Source: a virus (lineage: Duplodnaviria > Caudoviricetes). From it: a stretch of DNA of 56,168 nt. The notes under the pieces are model-generated. The model worked only from the letters and a program-made list of their open reading frames with translations. It ran no database searches and was not told the DNA's origin. A program made the translations under genes and the position numbers. Shown in pieces: positions 53,282-56,168 of the stretch. The stretch lies in the IMG/VR virus record IMGVR_UViG_3300034053_000011, positions 1-56,168 of that record; one strand, written 5' to 3'. Positions within the stretch are counted from its first letter, which is position 1. Each line of letters starts with the position of its first letter.

Positions 53282-53811
53282 TCATGTCCAAATACGCTGA
53301 TGCCGCAACCACTATCCGCAAGGCTGCGGTCAAATATGAGCAGATGATCGGCCTCGCCGCAGAGCTTGAGCGCATTGGGTCGTTGGAGGATATAGCGCGG
53401 GATTGCTCGGCTTCCGCCGAGGCGGCGCGAACTGAACTCGCCAAAGCCAAGGAAGATCTAGCTAAAACCAAGGCAAAGATCGAGGAGGCAAGGGAAAAGG
53501 CAGCTGCCATCACGCTCACTGCTGACGAAGACGCTGCGGCACTGTTGGCTGACCGGGTCAAGGATGCCGAGGTTGCGGCCGCAGGCATTACGAAAAAGGC
53601 ACAGGATGACGCGGCGGAAATGATCGCCCAAGCCAGCACGATCAAGGCCAAAGCACTAAGCGAACTCGGCGGACTGACGCAGGCGATTGAGGCAGGGCGG
53701 CTGGAACTGAAGCAACTGACGGCAGCAAAACTCGATGCCGAGAAAGCTACCGCAGAAGCCGAGAAGAAATTGGCGTCGCTGCGCGAAAAGCTCAAGGCGA
53801 TGCTGGGGTAG
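53278..53811 (+). CDS. Ala/Lys/Glu-rich coiled-coil protein
   Basis: 177 aa with a heptad pattern; GGAGG RBS. Confidence 0.65.
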   Translation: MIMSKYADAATTIRKAAVKYEQMIGLAAELERIGSLEDIARDCSASAEAARTELAKAKEDLAKTKAKIEEAREKAAAITLTADEDAAALLADRVKDAEVAAAGITKKAQDDAAEMIAQASTIKAKALSELGGLTQAIEAGRLELKQLTAAKLDAEKATAEAEKKLASLREKLKAMLG

Positions 53812-53813
53812 GT

Positions 53814-54236
53814 ATGCGTGGTCGCATTGCCAGGTTGATTTTCTGGACTGATCTGCAGGGCGTCCGCTCGCTGCTTGCTCTGGCCGAGCTTATGTGGGCA
53901 ATGGCGCTCGCTATGCCGGGAGACACATTCGAGCGCCCCACCTACACGGTGATGAGCATGGTCGCTGGCGAGGATGTCTGGATGCTGATGTTCCTGCTGA
54001 CAGGAGTCATTCAACTGTACCTACTACTGCAGTGGCGCGTCCACTCCGGGTTTTCCAAATACTTCGCCTTCTGGAACTCGACGTTGTGGTGGTTTGTTGT
54101 CATCTCAATGTACCTGAGCGTGTGGCCGATACCAGCGGCGATTTCCGGCGAGCTTGCCCTTGCTGTTGGGGCGTCGTGGGTGTTTGTTCGCAGCGGCTAT
54201 TACATTCACGGACGACGGGGGCGAGATGGGGAGTGA
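53814..54236 (+). CDS. Multi-pass membrane protein (holin-like)
   Basis: About four hydrophobic segments; upstream of the endolysin. Confidence 0.6.
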   Translation: MRGRIARLIFWTDLQGVRSLLALAELMWAMALAMPGDTFERPTYTVMSMVAGEDVWMLMFLLTGVIQLYLLLQWRVHSGFSKYFAFWNSTLWWFVVISMYLSVWPIPAAISGELALAVGASWVFVRSGYYIHGRRGRDGE

Positions 54237-54645
54237 TTTGCTGACCAATGTGGCTGCTGGTGCTGGCGGTGCGGGCCTGCTCGGCCTTTTGCTGCGCTAC
54301 CTGTTCATCACGTTCTACTCGACGAAAAGCCAAACAACATCGCTGCAACTTGGTGACTCGATGCTGACGCGGATGCAGGACGAGATCAAGCGGCTGGAAG
54401 GGATCATCGGCAAGCTCAATGACCGAATAGGGTCGCTGGAGCATGTGATCAACCGGCTGCGGCTCGAAACGCTGGATGATCTGAGCGACATCGCCCAGAT
54501 CAACGCCATCGTCGAAACCATGTGCGTGCATTCCAATTGTGGAAGCGGTGAGAAGCTGCGCGAGATTCTGCGGCGGATCTACGCGCGCCGGGATCGGATC
54601 ATCATCGACGAGTGTGAGCGGCGGGAGAAAGGGGAGGGGCAATGA
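54226..54645 (+). CDS. Membrane-anchored coiled-coil lysis-cluster protein
   Basis: N-terminal transmembrane segment (AAGAGGAGLLGLLL) plus coiled coil; overlaps the endolysin start. Confidence 0.6.
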   Translation: MGSDLLTNVAAGAGGAGLLGLLLRYLFITFYSTKSQTTSLQLGDSMLTRMQDEIKRLEGIIGKLNDRIGSLEHVINRLRLETLDDLSDIAQINAIVETMCVHSNCGSGEKLREILRRIYARRDRIIIDECERREKGEGQ

Positions 54646-55088
54646 AACTTTCCGATCACTTTACGTTGGCCGAATTGACTCGCAGCGACTACGCTGCGCG
54701 GCACGGCATCGACAACACGCCGGGGCCGCTGGCGCTCAACAATCTCAAGCGGCTGGCCGAGAAGCTGGAGAAGGTGCGGCTTATTCTCGGGCGCCCGGTG
54801 TTTGTCTCGTCCGGCTATCGTAGCGAGGCGTTGAACAAGGCAGTTGGTGGATCGAAAACCTCCGCACATCTGGTTGGCAATGCAGCGGACATCACATCCC
54901 CCGAGTTTGGCCCGCCGGCGAAGGTACTCGTCGAACTACGCGAATTCCAGCGTCGCTTGCTATGGGATCAATTGATTCTCGAATTCCCGAAGTCGCAGAA
55001 TGGCGGCTGGGTGCATATTGGCTTCTCTGATTCGCCGCGCGGGCAGGTGCTGACCTATGACGGGAAAAGTTATGAGGTACTGGTATGA
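54642..55088 (+). CDS. Endolysin, peptidase M15 family
   Basis: HFTL.EL..S, SSGYRS..LN.AVGG...SAH..G.AADI, WVHI. Confidence 0.9.
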   Translation: MKLSDHFTLAELTRSDYAARHGIDNTPGPLALNNLKRLAEKLEKVRLILGRPVFVSSGYRSEALNKAVGGSKTSAHLVGNAADITSPEFGPPAKVLVELREFQRRLLWDQLILEFPKSQNGGWVHIGFSDSPRGQVLTYDGKSYEVLV

Positions 55089-55189
55089 CACTGACTGATT
55101 ACGCCGTTCTGTTCGTGCTGTTTGCCGGGATGCTCGTGTCGCTGGCGTATCTGATTCAGAAGCTGCTTGATTGGGGTGATGATGAGTAA
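55085..55189 (+). CDS. 34-aa single-pass membrane peptide
   Basis: MTLTDYAVLFVLFAGMLVSLAYLIQKLLDWGDDE*; GAGG RBS; ATGA overlap. Confidence 0.45.
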   Translation: MTLTDYAVLFVLFAGMLVSLAYLIQKLLDWGDDE

Positions 55190-55288
55190 GCTCCTGCGGC
55201 ATTACATCGAGACTCTGCGTCTGCGGGTTGATGCTCCTTGGCCGAGTCAGCGCGACTGGCGGCATTTTCTGACTTTGCGGAGGGTGGT

Positions 55289-55801
55289 ATGAGCAATGGT
55301 CTGGAGTGGCTTAAAACTCTTGCTCCTATGGTTGGCACGGCTTTGGCTGGGCCTCTTGGTGGCGCTGCTGCGTCGTTTCTTGCGGATCGACTTGGCGTAT
55401 CGGAGAAAACCGTTGCCGCAGTCACGGAGGTACTGAATAGTGGAAAACTCAGCCCAGACCAGATCGCCAGCCTTAAAGCCGCAGAGATTGACTTCCAGAA
55501 GTTCCTCGAAGCCAACAAAATCAAGCTGGAGGAGTTGGACGCTGCGGATCGCAAATCAGCGCGTGACATGCAGATCGCAACAGGGTCATGGGTTCCGGGT
55601 GTCCTTGCGATGCTGGTCACTTTTGGCTTCTTCGGTATTCTTGGCTGGATGCTGTACTCTCCCGACTACCGACCAACCGAACCACTACTGGTTATGCTGG
55701 GATCGCTCGGCACGGCTTGGACAATGATCGTTGGGTTTTACTTCGGAAGCTCCGCTGGTTCGCGCGCCAAGACAGACTTGATCGACAGGTTGAGTAAATA
55801 A
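55289..55801 (+). CDS. Holin-like membrane protein (3TM/GTA-holin type)
   Basis: AP..GTAL.GPLGG, DR.SAR.MQ, two C-terminal transmembrane helices, FYFGSS.GS..K; ATG at 55289 after GGAGG. Confidence 0.75.
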   Translation: MSNGLEWLKTLAPMVGTALAGPLGGAAASFLADRLGVSEKTVAAVTEVLNSGKLSPDQIASLKAAEIDFQKFLEANKIKLEELDAADRKSARDMQIATGSWVPGVLAMLVTFGFFGILGWMLYSPDYRPTEPLLVMLGSLGTAWTMIVGFYFGSSAGSRAKTDLIDRLSK

Positions 55802-56168
55802 TGGCGGCATACACCAGCACAAAAAGCGGCAATTGGTCTGATTCAACGGTTTGGGGTGGGACACCTACGACGGCGGATACATGCACAATTGCCAACACGC
55901 ACACGGTCACTCTCGATACGACCGGTCTTGTCTGCTCGTCGCTGACGATCAATTCGGGCGGAACGCTTGCTGCAAGTACGGTGGCGAATTCGGGTCTCAC
56001 GACGCAACTCGGGATTGCGAATAACGGTGCGCTGACGGCTGACCTATCTGCAGCGGCGGCGTATGCCTGCACGATCCTGATGAACAACAGCAACGATGCG
56101 ACCTCTCGGGGGCTGGAAGTTGCTGGTGCAGCATCCTGTACGTTGAAAGGCGCCACGAAAAAATCATG
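55801..56168 (+). CDS. 5' part of a 1153-aa virion adhesin/tailspike-like protein (G8-like N-terminus); continues at position 1
   Basis: ATG at 55801 gives MAAYTSTKSGNWSDSTVWGGTPTTADTCTIANTHTVTLD..., in frame with the ATG at 56080 (= position 39). SGNWS..W.G..P...D...I...HTVTLD resembles G8-domain starts. Confidence 0.8.
   Translation, partial: MAAYTSTKSGNWSDSTVWGGTPTTADTCTIANTHTVTLDTTGLVCSSLTINSGGTLAASTVANSGLTTQLGIANNGALTADLSAAAAYACTILMNNSNDATSRGLEVAGAASCTLKGATKKS
56042..56168. repeat. Terminal direct repeat, right copy (circular-assembly overlap)
   Basis: Identical to bases 1-127. Confidence 0.95.

Overview
The window is a complete, circularly assembled dsDNA tailed-phage genome of 56,041 bp. 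Bases 1-127 are repeated at 56042-56168, and one gene reads through that join. The architecture is podovirus-like. The GC-rich + strand virion arm runs: TerS, TerL, lysis genes with an M15 endolysin, a 1153-aa G8/beta-helix adhesin, portal, scaffold, N4-gp56-type capsid, adaptor, nozzle, tail fibre, ejection proteins, and a 3530-aa polyvalent protein. The replication/early arm (about 30.7-48.8 kb) is visibly lower in GC and carries a family-B polymerase, SNF2 helicase, Prim-Pol primase, DUF2800/DUF2815 proteins, HNHs, dCTP deaminase, a C5-MTase-like gene and a pentapeptide-repeat gene. I see no integrase, CI repressor, tRNA, CRISPR array or reverse transcriptase. Four observations stand out. 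(1) Four small +1-frame genes with their own ribosome-binding sites, some with sigma70 promoters, are nested at domain boundaries inside the giant polyvalent gene beside putative toxic domains, suggesting built-in effector/immunity pairs. (2) A canonical 59-bp integron attC site and several decayed ones separate small early genes, in inverted orientation and with no IntI present. (3) A type III hammerhead ribozyme with two competing cleavage strands overlaps an RBS. (4) A dead TerS fused to a VRR-NUC tail marks a hybrid-genome junction. All calls come from reading motifs by eye; no searches were run.
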